Shown here: one piece after another, positions 1 to 9,427 of the stretch | How the letters are laid out: each line of letters starts with the position of its first letter | Numbering within the stretch: the first letter of the stretch is position 1 | Assembly (NCBI GenBank): GCA_964504985.1 | Contig: CAZDFU010000002.1 | Location: forward strand, 11,782-75,781 | Direction: 5' to 3' | Length of the DNA stretch: 64,000 nucleotides | From: an uncultured Gammaproteobacteria bacterium | GTDB taxonomy: Bacteria > Patescibacteriota > Microgenomatia > Daviesbacterales > UBA10151 | The notes under the pieces: model-generated | The model's input: the letters and a program-made list of their open reading frames with translations, nothing else | What the model was told of the DNA's origin: nothing | The model's database searches: none | Program-made: the position numbers and the translations under genes

Positions 1-160
1 TATCTGTTGCTGAAACAATTGTTTTACCCAAACTGTCATCAATAACTTGAGCATATATATACTGGTTAGACCTGAATACAGATAACCTTGGCCTATCAGC
101 TGTCCCCATAATCCTTTTTCTGATTTTTTGATGTTTTCTTATCCTGCTTAGTTTTTTCAT
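1..160 (-). CDS. rplR: 50S ribosomal protein L18 (5' part; truncated by window edge)
   Basis: Manual translation [42 protein letters not shown]; RPRLxVFRSN motif; follows rplF. Confidence 0.95.
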   Translation of the reverse strand, partial: MKKLSRIRKHQKIRKRIMGTADRPRLSVFRSNQYIYAQVIDDSLGKTIVSATD

Positions 161-161
161 A

Positions 162-722
162 TTACTTAGCTCCTCCCGCTGCGCCTACTTTAGCAGACTT
201 TCCTACCTTCTTTCTTATATACTCACCCTGATACCTAATTCCCTTACCCTTATATACATCCGGAGATCTAACTTTTCTGATATTTGCTGCTACTTGTCCT
301 ACCAACTGCTTGTCAATTCCAGATACTTTTATCTTTGTATTATCAGAAACCTCAAAGGTTATACCCTCGGATACTGCCATTTCCACAGGGTGAGAAAAAC
401 CCACATTCAATATAAGTTTATTGCCGGAAACTTCTGATCTAAACCCCACTCCCACCAACTCTAAGGACTTAGACCACCCTTCACTCACTCCAACAACCAT
501 ATTGAAAAGCAGATTTCTAATCAGTCCATGCAGACTTTTGGACTTTTTGAGATCATTTTTTCTTTTAACCAATACCCTCTCCCCTTCTATCTCAACTGAA
601 ACTGCTGGGTGAATATCCAATTTCAATGTCCCCTTTGGACCGTTGACCATAACAGAGTACCCCTTTTTTTCAATAATTACCCCTTGCGGTATTATAATTG
701 GTAAACTCCCCACTCTACTCAT
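162..722 (-). CDS. rplF: 50S ribosomal protein L6
   Basis: MSRVG start, [11 protein letters not shown] motif, spc operon position. Confidence 0.98.
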   Translation of the reverse strand: MSRVGSLPIIIPQGVIIEKKGYSVMVNGPKGTLKLDIHPAVSVEIEGERVLVKRKNDLKKSKSLHGLIRNLLFNMVVGVSEGWSKSLELVGVGFRSEVSGNKLILNVGFSHPVEMAVSEGITFEVSDNTKIKVSGIDKQLVGQVAANIRKVRSPDVYKGKGIRYQGEYIRKKVGKSAKVGAAGGAK

Positions 723-730
723 ATAATTTA

Positions 731-1105
731 TTACCAGACAAATGCCAGTACTTCCCCTCCTAACTTGTTTTTTCTAGCTTCTTTGTCAGTCATCAATCCT
801 TTTGGAGTTGAAACAATTGCTATACCTAAACCATTCAATACATGAGGTAAACCTTGAACTCCTTTATAAACACGCAGGGAAGGCTTCGAAATTCTTTTAA
901 TATCAGTTATGGCAGCTTTTCTGGCTGTGTATTTTAATGAAACTGTAATTTGTCTGTCCTCCTCTTTAACCCCTTGCAAAAATCCCTCTTTCTCAAGAAG
1001 TTTCATTAACTTAAGGATAAGTTTGGAATATTTTACTGAAACCGTTTGTTTGCCAACCGCATACCCATTTTTTATTCTGATTAAAGCATCTGCAACTGTA
1101 TCCAT
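731..1105 (-). CDS. rpsH: 30S ribosomal protein S8
   Basis: DxxADALIRIKN, RISKPSLRVY, STPKGLMT, GGEVL motifs. Confidence 0.98.
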   Translation of the reverse strand: MDTVADALIRIKNGYAVGKQTVSVKYSKLILKLMKLLEKEGFLQGVKEEDRQITVSLKYTARKAAITDIKRISKPSLRVYKGVQGLPHVLNGLGIAIVSTPKGLMTDKEARKNKLGGEVLAFVW

Positions 1106-1106
1106 A

Positions 1107-1286
1107 TTACCAGCTCGCTTTCTTTACTCCCGGCAACATCCCAGGATTTGCCAGTTCTCTAAAACAAAGCCTGCAAAGACCAAATTTCCCAATAAATCCG
1201 CGTGTTCTACCACAGCGCAAACATCTATTTTTCTTTTGGACTTCATATTTAAATTTTTTCTTTACAACATTACTTACTTTAGCCAT
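1107..1286 (-). CDS. rpsN: 30S ribosomal protein S14, zinc-binding type (59 aa; missing from ORF track)
   Basis: Manual translation [59 protein letters not shown]; two CxxC pairs; between rplE and rpsH. Confidence 0.97.
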   Translation of the reverse strand: MAKVSNVVKKKFKYEVQKKNRCLRCGRTRGFIGKFGLCRLCFRELANPGMLPGVKKASW

Positions 1287-1292
1287 AATTAG

Positions 1293-1829
1293 TTATGAGT
1301 ATGGTATTCCCAACTCCTCCAATAATTTCCTACCTTCTTCTTTATTTTTGGCAGTGGTGGCAATAGTTACAGCCAAACCCCTGGTTCTATCAATACTTTT
1401 ATAATCCACCTCAGGGAAGATTGTCTGCTCTCTTAGACCAATATTTAAATTACCTTTATCGTCAAAGGAGTTTGCAGATATCCCTTTGAAATCCCTTACT
1501 TTAGGCAAAACCACACTGATTAGTTTGTCCAAGAAAGTATACATTTTAACACCCCTAAGTGTTACCATCATTCCAATGGGCTGACCTTTTGTAACCTTAA
1601 AGGAAGCAATAGACTTTTTTGCCACTGTTACGACAGGTGTTTGCCCAGCCAAGGCAGATAGATATACTTTAGCTTTTTCCAAAACTGCACTATTTTCCTT
1701 AGCCTCTCCAAGTCCAATACTGATAACAATTTTGTCCAAGCGGGGGACAGCCAGCTTATTTTTTAAACCAAGCTCGTCTTGTAACTTTTTTATTACTTCA
1801 TTCATATACTTTTCCTTCAATCTATTCAT
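1293..1829 (-). CDS. rplE: 50S ribosomal protein L5
   Basis: VPRLDKIV, GQTPVVT, TLRG, PKVRDF motifs. Confidence 0.98.
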   Translation of the reverse strand: MNRLKEKYMNEVIKKLQDELGLKNKLAVPRLDKIVISIGLGEAKENSAVLEKAKVYLSALAGQTPVVTVAKKSIASFKVTKGQPIGMMVTLRGVKMYTFLDKLISVVLPKVRDFKGISANSFDDKGNLNIGLREQTIFPEVDYKSIDRTRGLAVTIATTAKNKEEGRKLLEELGIPYS

Positions 1830-1835
1830 ATCTGA

Positions 1836-2201
1836 TTATTTAATCTCCTTTTGGCACTTTTTACAAATTCTTATCTTTCTATCTGCCTCCGCTTTTATCC
1901 CAACTCTTGTCAGCTTATTACAATTAGGGCAAACAAGGCTTATATTAGAAATGTCCATTGGTTTAGGAAGATCAATAATCCCTCCCTCCAACCCTTGCAT
2001 TTTTTTAACATGTCTTTTATAAAGATTTACTCCCCCGACAAAAACTTTCCTCTCTTTTGCAATAACATACTCTACCGTCCCCTGCTTACCCCTATCTTTA
2101 CCTAAAAGCACTTTCACCTTATCCCCTTTCTTAATTTTTAACTTTAAATTTGTTCTCTTACGCAAATTTTTTGTTGAAAAACGGGCTTTGAACTTTTCCA
2201 T
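1836..2201 (-). CDS. rplX: 50S ribosomal protein L24
   Basis: KIKKGDKVKVLLGKDRGK KOW motif; start set at ATG 2201, overlapping the rplN stop (TAATG). Confidence 0.95.
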   Translation of the reverse strand: MEKFKARFSTKNLRKRTNLKLKIKKGDKVKVLLGKDRGKQGTVEYVIAKERKVFVGGVNLYKRHVKKMQGLEGGIIDLPKPMDISNISLVCPNCNKLTRVGIKAEADRKIRICKKCQKEIK

Positions 2202-2569
2202 TACCATACCTCCGATGCTAAAGAAACTATTTTTGAATATCCTGCATCTCTAACTTCGCGGGCTACAGGACCGAATATCCTGGTTGCCCGTAAATTTCCA
2301 TCATTATCTACCACAACCCCTGCGTTATCATCAAATTTAATATATGAACCATCGTTTCTACGGACTTCTTTCTTACACCTTACAATCACTATTTTAACCA
2401 CCTCATGATCTTTAACTTGACCGTTAGGGTCAGCGCCTTTAACAACGCCTACTGCAAGTTCAGCCAGTCCTGCCTTCCTTTTCCCAGAACCACCAAGAGG
2501 CTGAATAACCTGCAAACTTTTAGCCCCGCTATTATCTGCCACTGTTAACCTAGTCCTGTGTTGAACCAT
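2201..2569 (-). CDS. rplN: 50S ribosomal protein L14
   Basis: VADNSGAK, FDDNA, TRIFGPVARE motifs. Confidence 0.98.
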   Translation of the reverse strand: MVQHRTRLTVADNSGAKSLQVIQPLGGSGKRKAGLAELAVGVVKGADPNGQVKDHEVVKIVIVRCKKEVRRNDGSYIKFDDNAGVVVDNDGNLRATRIFGPVAREVRDAGYSKIVSLASEVW

Positions 2570-2573
2570 AAAT

Positions 2574-2681
2574 TAGCTTTCAGTCTTCAGCTATCAGCTT
2601 TCAGACTCTTCCTCCTCCTTTTAGTTTTTTCCTGTTTTTCTCCAGCTGCTTCATTTATCTGAGGACTGATGGCTGATGACT
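2574..2681. repeat. Inverted heptamer (TCAGCTT-like / CTGATGG-like) arrays overlapping the rpsQ 3' end
   Basis: tagctt-tcagtct-tcagcta-tcagctt-tcagac at 2574-2606 and complementary tctgagg-actgatg-gctgatg-act at 2658-2681; near-identical copy at 39404-39471. Confidence 0.8.
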
Positions 2682-2988
2682 TTTTAGTCTTTTCTTCCTC
2701 TGGCATTACTTCTGCAATTAGTTCTTCTGCCTGCTCTTTTAGTTTTTGTTCAGCAATCTCTGCCAAACTCCTTCCTAAAACTTTTGTTATTTTCCAGTGT
2801 TTATTTTTAGAAATAGGCTTACATTTAACAAATTCAACTATATCCCCATCTTTAATATCAATACTGCTATCAACCAGGTATTTTTTACTCCGGATGTAGG
2901 TTTTTTTGTATAAAGGATGCTTTGCTATCCTTTCTATGAGAACCGTTGCCGTATTTTTTAGTTTTGTAGATATAACGCGTCCAGTCAT
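2587..2988 (-). CDS. rpsQ: 30S ribosomal protein S17 with C-terminal extension
   Basis: HPLYKK, KPISKNKHW motifs; charged tail. Confidence 0.97.
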   Translation of the reverse strand: MTGRVISTKLKNTATVLIERIAKHPLYKKTYIRSKKYLVDSSIDIKDGDIVEFVKCKPISKNKHWKITKVLGRSLAEIAEQKLKEQAEELIAEVMPEEEKTKKSSAISPQINEAAGEKQEKTKRRRKSLKADS

Positions 2989-3011
2989 AATTTATAACTA
3001 ATCTCTATAAT

Positions 3012-3281
3012 TTAGAGACTAGATTTCTCCTTTCCTTTTTCATCATCTGGCTCTGGATTCTTAACTTTAGACTCCAGTTGCTGTACTAATTCTTTTTGTC
3101 TGACAACAGTTAATATTTGAGCCAAATCCTTTTTCTTTTTTGAAATCATTCTCACATCTTTCAATTTTTTCATATTTTTATCCACTACCAGGTTTGCAAT
3201 ATCCTCCCGGATAGTTTTAGCCTTTAATTTTAGTTCTTTAATATCTAAACCTTTTATTTCTATTAAACCGTTTTTTTTCAT
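3012..3281 (-). CDS. rpmC: 50S ribosomal protein L29
   Basis: KKDLAQILT helix; position between rplP and rpsQ. Confidence 0.88.
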   Translation of the reverse strand: MKKNGLIEIKGLDIKELKLKAKTIREDIANLVVDKNMKKLKDVRMISKKKKDLAQILTVVRQKELVQQLESKVKNPEPDDEKGKEKSSL

Positions 3282-3283
3282 AG

Positions 3284-3694
3284 CTATTTTGTTATAATTT
3301 TTGTTTCAATAGGCAGTTTATGTGAAGCCAGTCTTAATGCTTCTTTAGCAATAATTTCTGTTACTGCACCCATTTCAAAAATTAATTGCCCTCTTTTAAC
3401 AACAGCCACATACCCTTCCACATCACCTTTTCCAGACCCCATTCTACTCTCTGCAGGATGTTTTGTAACTGGTTTATCCGGAAAAATCCTGATCCAGATA
3501 CGTCCGCCTCTTTGAGTATAATGGGCCATAGCCCTTCGGGCTGATTCGATTTGTCTGGCGCTAATCCAACCTGCTTCCATTGCTTTTAGCCCGAATATTC
3601 CAAAAGCCAAACTAACACCCCTGGTGGCAACCCCATCTCTTTTTCCCCTAAAGGTTTTCCTGTGTTTATTTCTTTTTGGTTGCAAAAGTGCCAT
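3284..3694 (-). CDS. rplP: 50S ribosomal protein L16
   Basis: [23 protein letters not shown] motifs. Confidence 0.98.
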   Translation of the reverse strand: MALLQPKRNKHRKTFRGKRDGVATRGVSLAFGIFGLKAMEAGWISARQIESARRAMAHYTQRGGRIWIRIFPDKPVTKHPAESRMGSGKGDVEGYVAVVKRGQLIFEMGAVTEIIAKEALRLASHKLPIETKIITK

Positions 3695-3695
3695 A

Positions 3696-4337
3696 TTAAA
3701 TCTCCACCTCTCCTTTGTTTATCCATACCTTTACTCCAACATAACCAGACTTTGTCAAGGCTGGGTAAACTGCAAAATCTATATCTGCTCTTAAAGTATG
3801 TAAAGGCATTGTTCCCGAAGCTTTCCATTCCCTCCGCGCAATTTCTGCTCCACCAATTCTTCCTGAGATAACTACTTTCACCCCTTTTGCCCCAACCCGC
3901 ATTACCCTATCTATAGCCTGATTCATTACCCTTTGAGCTGGTAACCTTTTAGCAAGCTGCTCAGCAACTGATTGGGCAACAAGGTATGCAGAAAGATCTG
4001 CTGATTTTAACTCCATTGGCACAACTTCCAAACTATTATCGTTTTTAACCGCCAGCTCCTTAAGTAAAAGTTTCTTAACTTCAGTTAAACCACTTCCCCC
4101 TCTGCCAATTAAAACTCCTGGACGGGAAACAAAAATTATGACTTTTAACTTGTTAACTGCTCTCTCTATCTCTACAGACTGAATACCAGCAGGTCTTAAT
4201 TTCTTCATCAAAATATCCCTGATTTCTATATCTTCTTTTATAAACTGTCTGTATTTATCACCTTTTGCAAACCACCGGGATTTCCAATTAGCTCCTATAC
4301 CCATTCTGAAACCTACCGGATGTATTTTTTGTCCCAT
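3696..4337 (-). CDS. rpsC: 30S ribosomal protein S3
   Basis: [31 protein letters not shown] motifs. Confidence 0.98.
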   Translation of the reverse strand: MGQKIHPVGFRMGIGANWKSRWFAKGDKYRQFIKEDIEIRDILMKKLRPAGIQSVEIERAVNKLKVIIFVSRPGVLIGRGGSGLTEVKKLLLKELAVKNDNSLEVVPMELKSADLSAYLVAQSVAEQLAKRLPAQRVMNQAIDRVMRVGAKGVKVVISGRIGGAEIARREWKASGTMPLHTLRADIDFAVYPALTKSGYVGVKVWINKGEVEI

Positions 4338-4341
4338 ATAA

Positions 4342-4725
4342 TTAGTGATTTTTGCTAATCACTTGCTTATCTCCTTTCTCTTTACTATTAACTAATAACT
4401 CATCACTTATAACTATTTTTATATGGCTCATTCTTTTTTTGTAAGGCTTCACTCTTCCTCTTGTTCCTGCCCGGAAACGTCTCATTTTCATACTTTCATC
4501 AATTTCAATCTTTTTAAAACCAACTTTTCCCAAATCCATGCCTTTTTGTTTTGCATTTGCCAAAACTGTTTCCAAAGCCTTTGTTAGATCCTTTGCTGCG
4601 TATTTTGGAGTCACACGCAAAATATCCAATGCTTTCGAAGGTTCCATTTTCCTCACCATATCAGCCACCAGCCTCAGTTTTCTAGGTGAAGTATGTATAT
4701 ATTTTTGTATAGTTTGTATTTCCAT
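4342..4725 (-). CDS. rplV: 50S ribosomal protein L22
   Basis: SPRKLRLVADMVR, KRMSHI motifs. Confidence 0.97.
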   Translation of the reverse strand: MEIQTIQKYIHTSPRKLRLVADMVRKMEPSKALDILRVTPKYAAKDLTKALETVLANAKQKGMDLGKVGFKKIEIDESMKMRRFRAGTRGRVKPYKKRMSHIKIVISDELLVNSKEKGDKQVISKNH

Positions 4726-4728
4726 ATA

Positions 4729-5013
4729 TTACGTCTTAGACGTGGATTTTTCTGTCACCTTTCCGTGAGTTCTAAATAACCTAGTCGGCGCAAATTCACC
4801 TAAGTAATGACCTACCATTGACTCAGTCACAAACACGCTCACAAAATTTTTACCCTGATGCACTAAAAAAGTGTGTCCCACAAATTCAGGTGGAATCTGT
4901 GATCTTCTGGCCCATGTCTTAATAGGTTGTTTTGTCCCGCCGGATTTTTGAGTCATTACTTTCTTTAATAATTTCTCATCAATAAACGGGCCTTTTTTAG
5001 TTGATCTTGCCAT
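4729..5013 (-). CDS. rpsS: 30S ribosomal protein S19
   Basis: [23 protein letters not shown] motifs. Confidence 0.98.
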   Translation of the reverse strand: MARSTKKGPFIDEKLLKKVMTQKSGGTKQPIKTWARRSQIPPEFVGHTFLVHQGKNFVSVFVTESMVGHYLGEFAPTRLFRTHGKVTEKSTSKT

Positions 5014-5023
5014 ATTTTTTCTT

Positions 5024-5076
5024 GGACTTTTCTGATTACCCTTATTCTTTTATTTAGTTAATCTCAGAAAAAGTCC
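5024..5076. repeat. Intergenic inverted repeat between rplB and rpsS
   Basis: ggacttttctgatta ... taatctcagaaaaagtcc imperfect stem. Confidence 0.65.
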
Positions 5077-5109
5077 GGTTCTTCCTTTCTTGTTATTCAG
5101 ATTCATAAG

Positions 5110-5874
5110 TTATTTTCTTCTCCTTACAATAAATTTATTAGAATATTTTCCTTTATACCTGGTTTTTCCCACAGCGCTTCTGCCATATTTAGTCATTGGC
5201 CTCTTTCTTCCAATACCTGATCTTCCTTCACCACCACCGTGGGGGTGAGAATCAGGATCCTGTGCTACGCCCCGGACTGTAGGCCTTATACCCATATGCC
5301 TGGATCTTCCAGCCTTACCGATCACCTGCTGTTTATTATCTTCATTTCCTAATACTCCAAGTGTTGCAAAAGACTCAAGACTAATCATTCTAACCTCACC
5401 AGACGGCATTTTCAAATGGGCAAAACCGCCTTCTTTGGCCAAAAGCTGCAAAGAAACTCCTGCACTTCTGCCAACTTGCCCCCCTTTTCCCGGCACAAGC
5501 TCCACATTATGCACTAAACTGCCAATTGGCATATTTTTTAATTTCATAGCATTGCCTGTTTTAGATTCAGCTTTATCAGCAGAAATAACTTTTTCCTCTA
5601 AATTTAAGCCTTTCGGGGCTAAAATATATCTATATTCCCCGTCTGTATATTTTATAAGAGCAACCTCAACATTCCTGTTTGGATCATACTCAATAGCAGC
5701 AACCTCACCCGCTACACCAAATTTATCCCGTTTAAAATCTATTTCCCTGTACTGTCTTTTATGTCTCCCACCCTGACCCCTAACAGTTACCATACCGCCA
5801 GATGACCTGCCAGAATGCTTTTTTAATAAATGTTTTAATTTTTTTGCGCTTTTAATATTTAATTGCTTTTTCAT
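5110..5874 (-). CDS. rplB: 50S ribosomal protein L2 (short N-terminus)
   Basis: IEYDPNR, RPTVRG, HPHGGGEGR motifs. Confidence 0.98.
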   Translation of the reverse strand: MKKQLNIKSAKKLKHLLKKHSGRSSGGMVTVRGQGGRHKRQYREIDFKRDKFGVAGEVAAIEYDPNRNVEVALIKYTDGEYRYILAPKGLNLEEKVISADKAESKTGNAMKLKNMPIGSLVHNVELVPGKGGQVGRSAGVSLQLLAKEGGFAHLKMPSGEVRMISLESFATLGVLGNEDNKQQVIGKAGRSRHMGIRPTVRGVAQDPDSHPHGGGEGRSGIGRKRPMTKYGRSAVGKTRYKGKYSNKFIVRRRK

Positions 5875-5880
5875 TTAGTT

Positions 5881-6309
5881 CTACTTTCCTGTTATTACTT
5901 TTCTCTGAGTTGTAGGAGCTGCTCCTACTGAGCTTTTCTCTACTTTCACCTTAGTTCTTCCCAAAATATCTTTCTTCTCCCTTAACTTAACCGGCTCACC
6001 TTCTGCTGTTGTCACCACTACCTCTTCTTTTGGTGTTTCAAACAGGGCAATCCTTACACCCTTTCCCAGCTGGACCATAGCTTTCTTTAAAGGAGCGGAT
6101 TTATAAAGTTTTCTTACTTTTCTTTGCTGTTTAAGCTGTCCCTTTATATTGACCGTTCTTACAGCAATAACTTTAACATTAAATTTCTCACTTACTGCTT
6201 TGGCAATTAAAGGCTTGCTTGCTTTCTTATCCACCTCAAAAGTATATAAATTAGAAGCAGCAAGTTTCATTGATTTTTCTGATACCACCGGCCTTTTAAG
6301 TACGATCAT
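5881..6309 (-). CDS. rplW: 50S ribosomal protein L23 with C-terminal extension
   Basis: PVVSEKS, YTFEVD, KKAMVQL motifs; operon position. Confidence 0.95.
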   Translation of the reverse strand: MIVLKRPVVSEKSMKLAASNLYTFEVDKKASKPLIAKAVSEKFNVKVIAVRTVNIKGQLKQQRKVRKLYKSAPLKKAMVQLGKGVRIALFETPKEEVVVTTAEGEPVKLREKKDILGRTKVKVEKSSVGAAPTTQRKVITGK

Positions 6310-7064
6310 ATTTTCCCTTCTCTTTTAACGTTTGTTCCTACTCCACCGGAGGTTTTCACTTCTTCACTAGATTCTTTTTTGCCTAATTTATCAATTGTTT
6401 CTTTTGTTAAAAGTAATATTTCATGTTTTAATACTTCATAAGCATTTAATCCGCCTGCCGGTAAAACATTAATATTGGGAATATTTCTAGCAGCTCTAAC
6501 TATATTATCCATTTTGTCAGCTGTTACAATTAAGGTACTCCTTTGTTTCTTTTCTGTGATTGATGAGATTAACTTAAGTATTTCTTTTGTTTTGCCGGTA
6601 ATTTTTTCTAAGCCTGTTAATCCTAAAACATTTTTGTCTGAAGCCTTAGAAGAGAGAGCAGATATTAAAGCTGATCTTCTCATCTTTTTTGGTAAAATTA
6701 ATCTGACCTTTCTTGGTTTTGGTCCAAAAACAATTCCTCCGCCCACAAAAATCGGAGCCCTGATACTTCCATGTCTTGCCCTGCCAGTTCCTTTTTGTCT
6801 AAATATTTTGACTGTTGATCCTTCTACCTCTCCTCTGCCTTTGGTGGAAGCTGTAAAAGTTTTTTGGTTGGTTGTATAAACCCTAACAGCCTGAGTCAAT
6901 AAACTTTTATTAATCTCAGCACCAAAAATTTCCTTTGGCAAGCTTAAGGTTCCGCTGGTTCTCCCGGCCGGAGAATAAACAGGCACTGTTAAACCACCCG
7001 TTCCGCGAGCACGGGAAGCTGCTGGTTTACTAGTCTTTGCAGTTACTTTTCTTTTAACTGGCAT
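6306..7064 (-). CDS. rplD: 50S ribosomal protein L4
   Basis: QKGTGRARHGS, GGGIVFGPKP motifs. Confidence 0.98.
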   Translation of the reverse strand: MPVKRKVTAKTSKPAASRARGTGGLTVPVYSPAGRTSGTLSLPKEIFGAEINKSLLTQAVRVYTTNQKTFTASTKGRGEVEGSTVKIFRQKGTGRARHGSIRAPIFVGGGIVFGPKPRKVRLILPKKMRRSALISALSSKASDKNVLGLTGLEKITGKTKEILKLISSITEKKQRSTLIVTADKMDNIVRAARNIPNINVLPAGGLNAYEVLKHEILLLTKETIDKLGKKESSEEVKTSGGVGTNVKREGKI

Positions 7065-7923
7065 TTTCTTTTACCTCTTCTTTCAGCTCTTGTTTTTGTT
7101 CTTGAGGGTTATCTTGATTTTGTTCTTCTGATTCACCAGCATTTTGTTCTGCTGCTTTTTCTGACTTTTCTGCTTCCTCTTCTCCTTCTTCAAGTTTTTC
7201 CTCAGGCGGGGGAGTATAACCCTTAATTCTGCCTAATTTAGTTATTACCAGCAAACTGTTAATAGGACCTGGAATCCCTCCTTTAACTATCAAATAATTT
7301 TTTACTTTATCTATTCCCACAATTTCCAGATTCTTGATACTTACTTTTTCACTGCCCATATGCCCTGCCATTTTTTTGCCTTTATAAACTCTTCCCGGAG
7401 TAGTTCCAGAACCAACCGCACCTGGAGCTCTGTGTCTGTCTGATTGACCATGAGTCTTAGGTCCACCGGCAAAACCGTGACGTCTTACCCCGCCTTGAAA
7501 ACCTTTACCTTTCGAAACTCCCTGTACTTTAACAGCATCACCTATTGAAAAAACCTGGTTCAGTTTAATTTCTGTTCCAGGTTTTAAAGTTCCGAGCGAA
7601 CCTGTGGTGAGCGTACCTGTACTGAGCGAAGTCGAAGTAGTCGAACCAGCCGGGGAATTTTGTTCATTAATTCTGACTTCCCTAAACCAACGGACAGCCT
7701 GATCAAAGCCTGCTTTTTTAGTATGACCAAGTTGAGGCTTTCTAACTGACTTTTTGGATCCATACCCAAGCTGGATAGCATCATACCCATCTTTGCCATC
7801 TTGTGTTTTGGCTTGAGTGACTAAATTTGGTTGAATTTCCACCACAGTAGCCCCAACCCTTCTGCCCCGTGAGTCATAAGTTGAGGTCATATTTTTCTTA
7901 ATTCCAAGTAATGTATTAGTCAT
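7054..7923 (-). CDS. rplC: 50S ribosomal protein L3 with in-frame palindromic-element insertion and acidic tail
   Basis: SKGKGFQG, THGQSDRHRAPG, KKMAGHMG motifs; likely start ATG 7923 (MTNTLLGIK); insert SPAGSTTSTSLSTGTLTTGSLGT. Confidence 0.97.
   Translation of the reverse strand: MTNTLLGIKKNMTSTYDSRGRRVGATVVEIQPNLVTQAKTQDGKDGYDAIQLGYGSKKSVRKPQLGHTKKAGFDQAVRWFREVRINEQNSPAGSTTSTSLSTGTLTTGSLGTLKPGTEIKLNQVFSIGDAVKVQGVSKGKGFQGGVRRHGFAGGPKTHGQSDRHRAPGAVGSGTTPGRVYKGKKMAGHMGSEKVSIKNLEIVGIDKVKNYLIVKGGIPGPINSLLVITKLGRIKGYTPPPEEKLEEGEEEAEKSEKAAEQNAGESEEQNQDNPQEQKQELKEEVKENAS
7590..7657 (+). mobile_element. Triply nested REP-like palindromic mini-elements inside rplC
   Basis: ttccgagcgaa[cctgtggtgagcgta[cctgtactgagcgaagtcgaagta]gtcgaacca]gccggggaa; the two inner units are each exactly 24 nt. 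Confidence 0.8.
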
Positions 7924-7948
7924 TTTTGTCCTAGACAATTCAAGCATT

Positions 7949-7987
7949 AAAAAGAGTGAGTCCTTCGGTAAACTCAGGATCTCACTC
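7949..7987 (-). terminator. Terminator-like hairpin in the rplC leader; its loop is a REP-like unit
   Basis: Minus strand GAGTGAG-atcctgagtttaccgaagga-CTCACTC-TTTTT. Confidence 0.7.
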
Positions 7988-8086
7988 AGTATCTCGCCTT
8001 CAATCGTCGTATCGTTTTCCGACGCACGATCTACTGAAATTTTCTTACGTTTTGACGCTAATCAAAAGGCAAAATTTTCTTATAGG

Positions 8087-8116
8087 ATTTTAACACGAAC
8101 GGCGCACAAATTGCAA
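8087..8116 (-). promoter_or_regulatory. Sigma70-type promoter for the rplC operon
   Basis: TTGCAA-18nt-TAAAAT with extended TG. Confidence 0.6.
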
Positions 8117-8139
8117 GCAACAAGGAAAAAATTGATGTT

Positions 8140-8991
8140 TTAATAGAGTTTGTTTATTCCCAAAATATCACCGTTTCCTAGATCTCTTTTTTTGGTTTCA
8201 CCCTCTGTTGCATAACCGTACATAGTTTCATCAATGCAACTGTTATATAGATCCCCCATACCCACACTATGACCAAGTTCATGGGTGGCAATATTATCAA
8301 AATCCATCTTCCCAGCTACCCCGCTGCTGTCAACTGACCAATCATAGCTTACATCATCATAAACCTGATCCCATTCCACCAGTTGTCTTTGCCAAACGGG
8401 CCCCCCAAAAATTCCCCAAATAATAGTCACTGCAATAGTATTTGAGTCTGCAACATCTGCAAAATAGACCTCATTTTGACCATCAGGTGAAACTGTATCA
8501 GCAACTAATTCTGCTGAGGTAGTAGCAGCCTGTCCTAATACATCAACGCCTAAATCATTTCCCACTACCCCATCTGTGGCATCTTCCCATTTGGATACTC
8601 CATTGCTTAATACAGCTGAAGCTGAGGCATAATCTATATTTCTCAAATTAGAAGGATTAAATACCCAAGGCTCAACAACCCTCCATTTTGCTCCACTGCT
8701 TAAATATGTATAACAGCTGCTAGATCCGCCTTTACCGCTGCCTGGTTTGGCTAAGTTTTGTTTAGGATGTACAATAGCCAAACCCTCAACCTGCTTACCG
8801 CTCACTGGGTCAATTGCATTACCCAAAGAGATCACATTAGAATGATTTGCAGAAGAAGGAAGCGTTAATGTTCTATTTGTACCAGGCGTGGAAAGTATAG
8901 CTGTCTGAAACGGAGTGGCTGCTAATGCTGAACTTACCAAAAACAGAAGGGAAGCACCTATTATAACACCACTCATCAATTTAACGGGCAT
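8140..8991 (-). CDS. Secreted metzincin (matrixin/M10-like) metalloprotease
   Basis: Signal peptide (ALA-A), HELGHSVGMGD zinc motif, Met-turn ETMYG. Confidence 0.85.
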   Translation of the reverse strand: MPVKLMSGVIIGASLLFLVSSALAATPFQTAILSTPGTNRTLTLPSSANHSNVISLGNAIDPVSGKQVEGLAIVHPKQNLAKPGSGKGGSSSCYTYLSSGAKWRVVEPWVFNPSNLRNIDYASASAVLSNGVSKWEDATDGVVGNDLGVDVLGQAATTSAELVADTVSPDGQNEVYFADVADSNTIAVTIIWGIFGGPVWQRQLVEWDQVYDDVSYDWSVDSSGVAGKMDFDNIATHELGHSVGMGDLYNSCIDETMYGYATEGETKKRDLGNGDILGINKLY

Positions 8992-9059
8992 ATAAAATAT
9001 ATATCATAAATCTTTTCCAGGGTCAACCAAATGAAATTAAACAGATATGACACCACCTG

Positions 9060-9368
9060 TCACATCTTAACTTCAATGTCAACGCCTGCAGGGATTTCTA
9101 AATGCATTAAAGAATCAATTGTTTTTTGAGTAGGCTCAACAATGTCAACCATTCTTTTGTGTGTTTTTATTTCAAATGCTTCTCTGGAATCTTTATCTGT
9201 GTGTGGAGATCTTAAAACAGTAATTCTTTCTATTTTTGTGGGAAGGGGGATAGGACCAACAATTTTAGCACCGGTTCTTAAGGCTGTATCCAATAAGGAC
9301 TCACAGGTATTATCTAATACCCGGTGATCGTAACTTTTCAGTTTTACTCTGATCCGTCCTCTTGGCAT
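9060..9368 (-). CDS. rpsJ: 30S ribosomal protein S10
   Basis: [20 protein letters not shown] motifs. Confidence 0.98.
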   Translation of the reverse strand: MPRGRIRVKLKSYDHRVLDNTCESLLDTALRTGAKIVGPIPLPTKIERITVLRSPHTDKDSREAFEIKTHKRMVDIVEPTQKTIDSLMHLEIPAGVDIEVKM

Positions 9369-9427
9369 ATTTATAATCCTTTAGGGATCTCAACCTTTTA
9401 ATGTGCATTATAAGCTACTTAAGTAAC

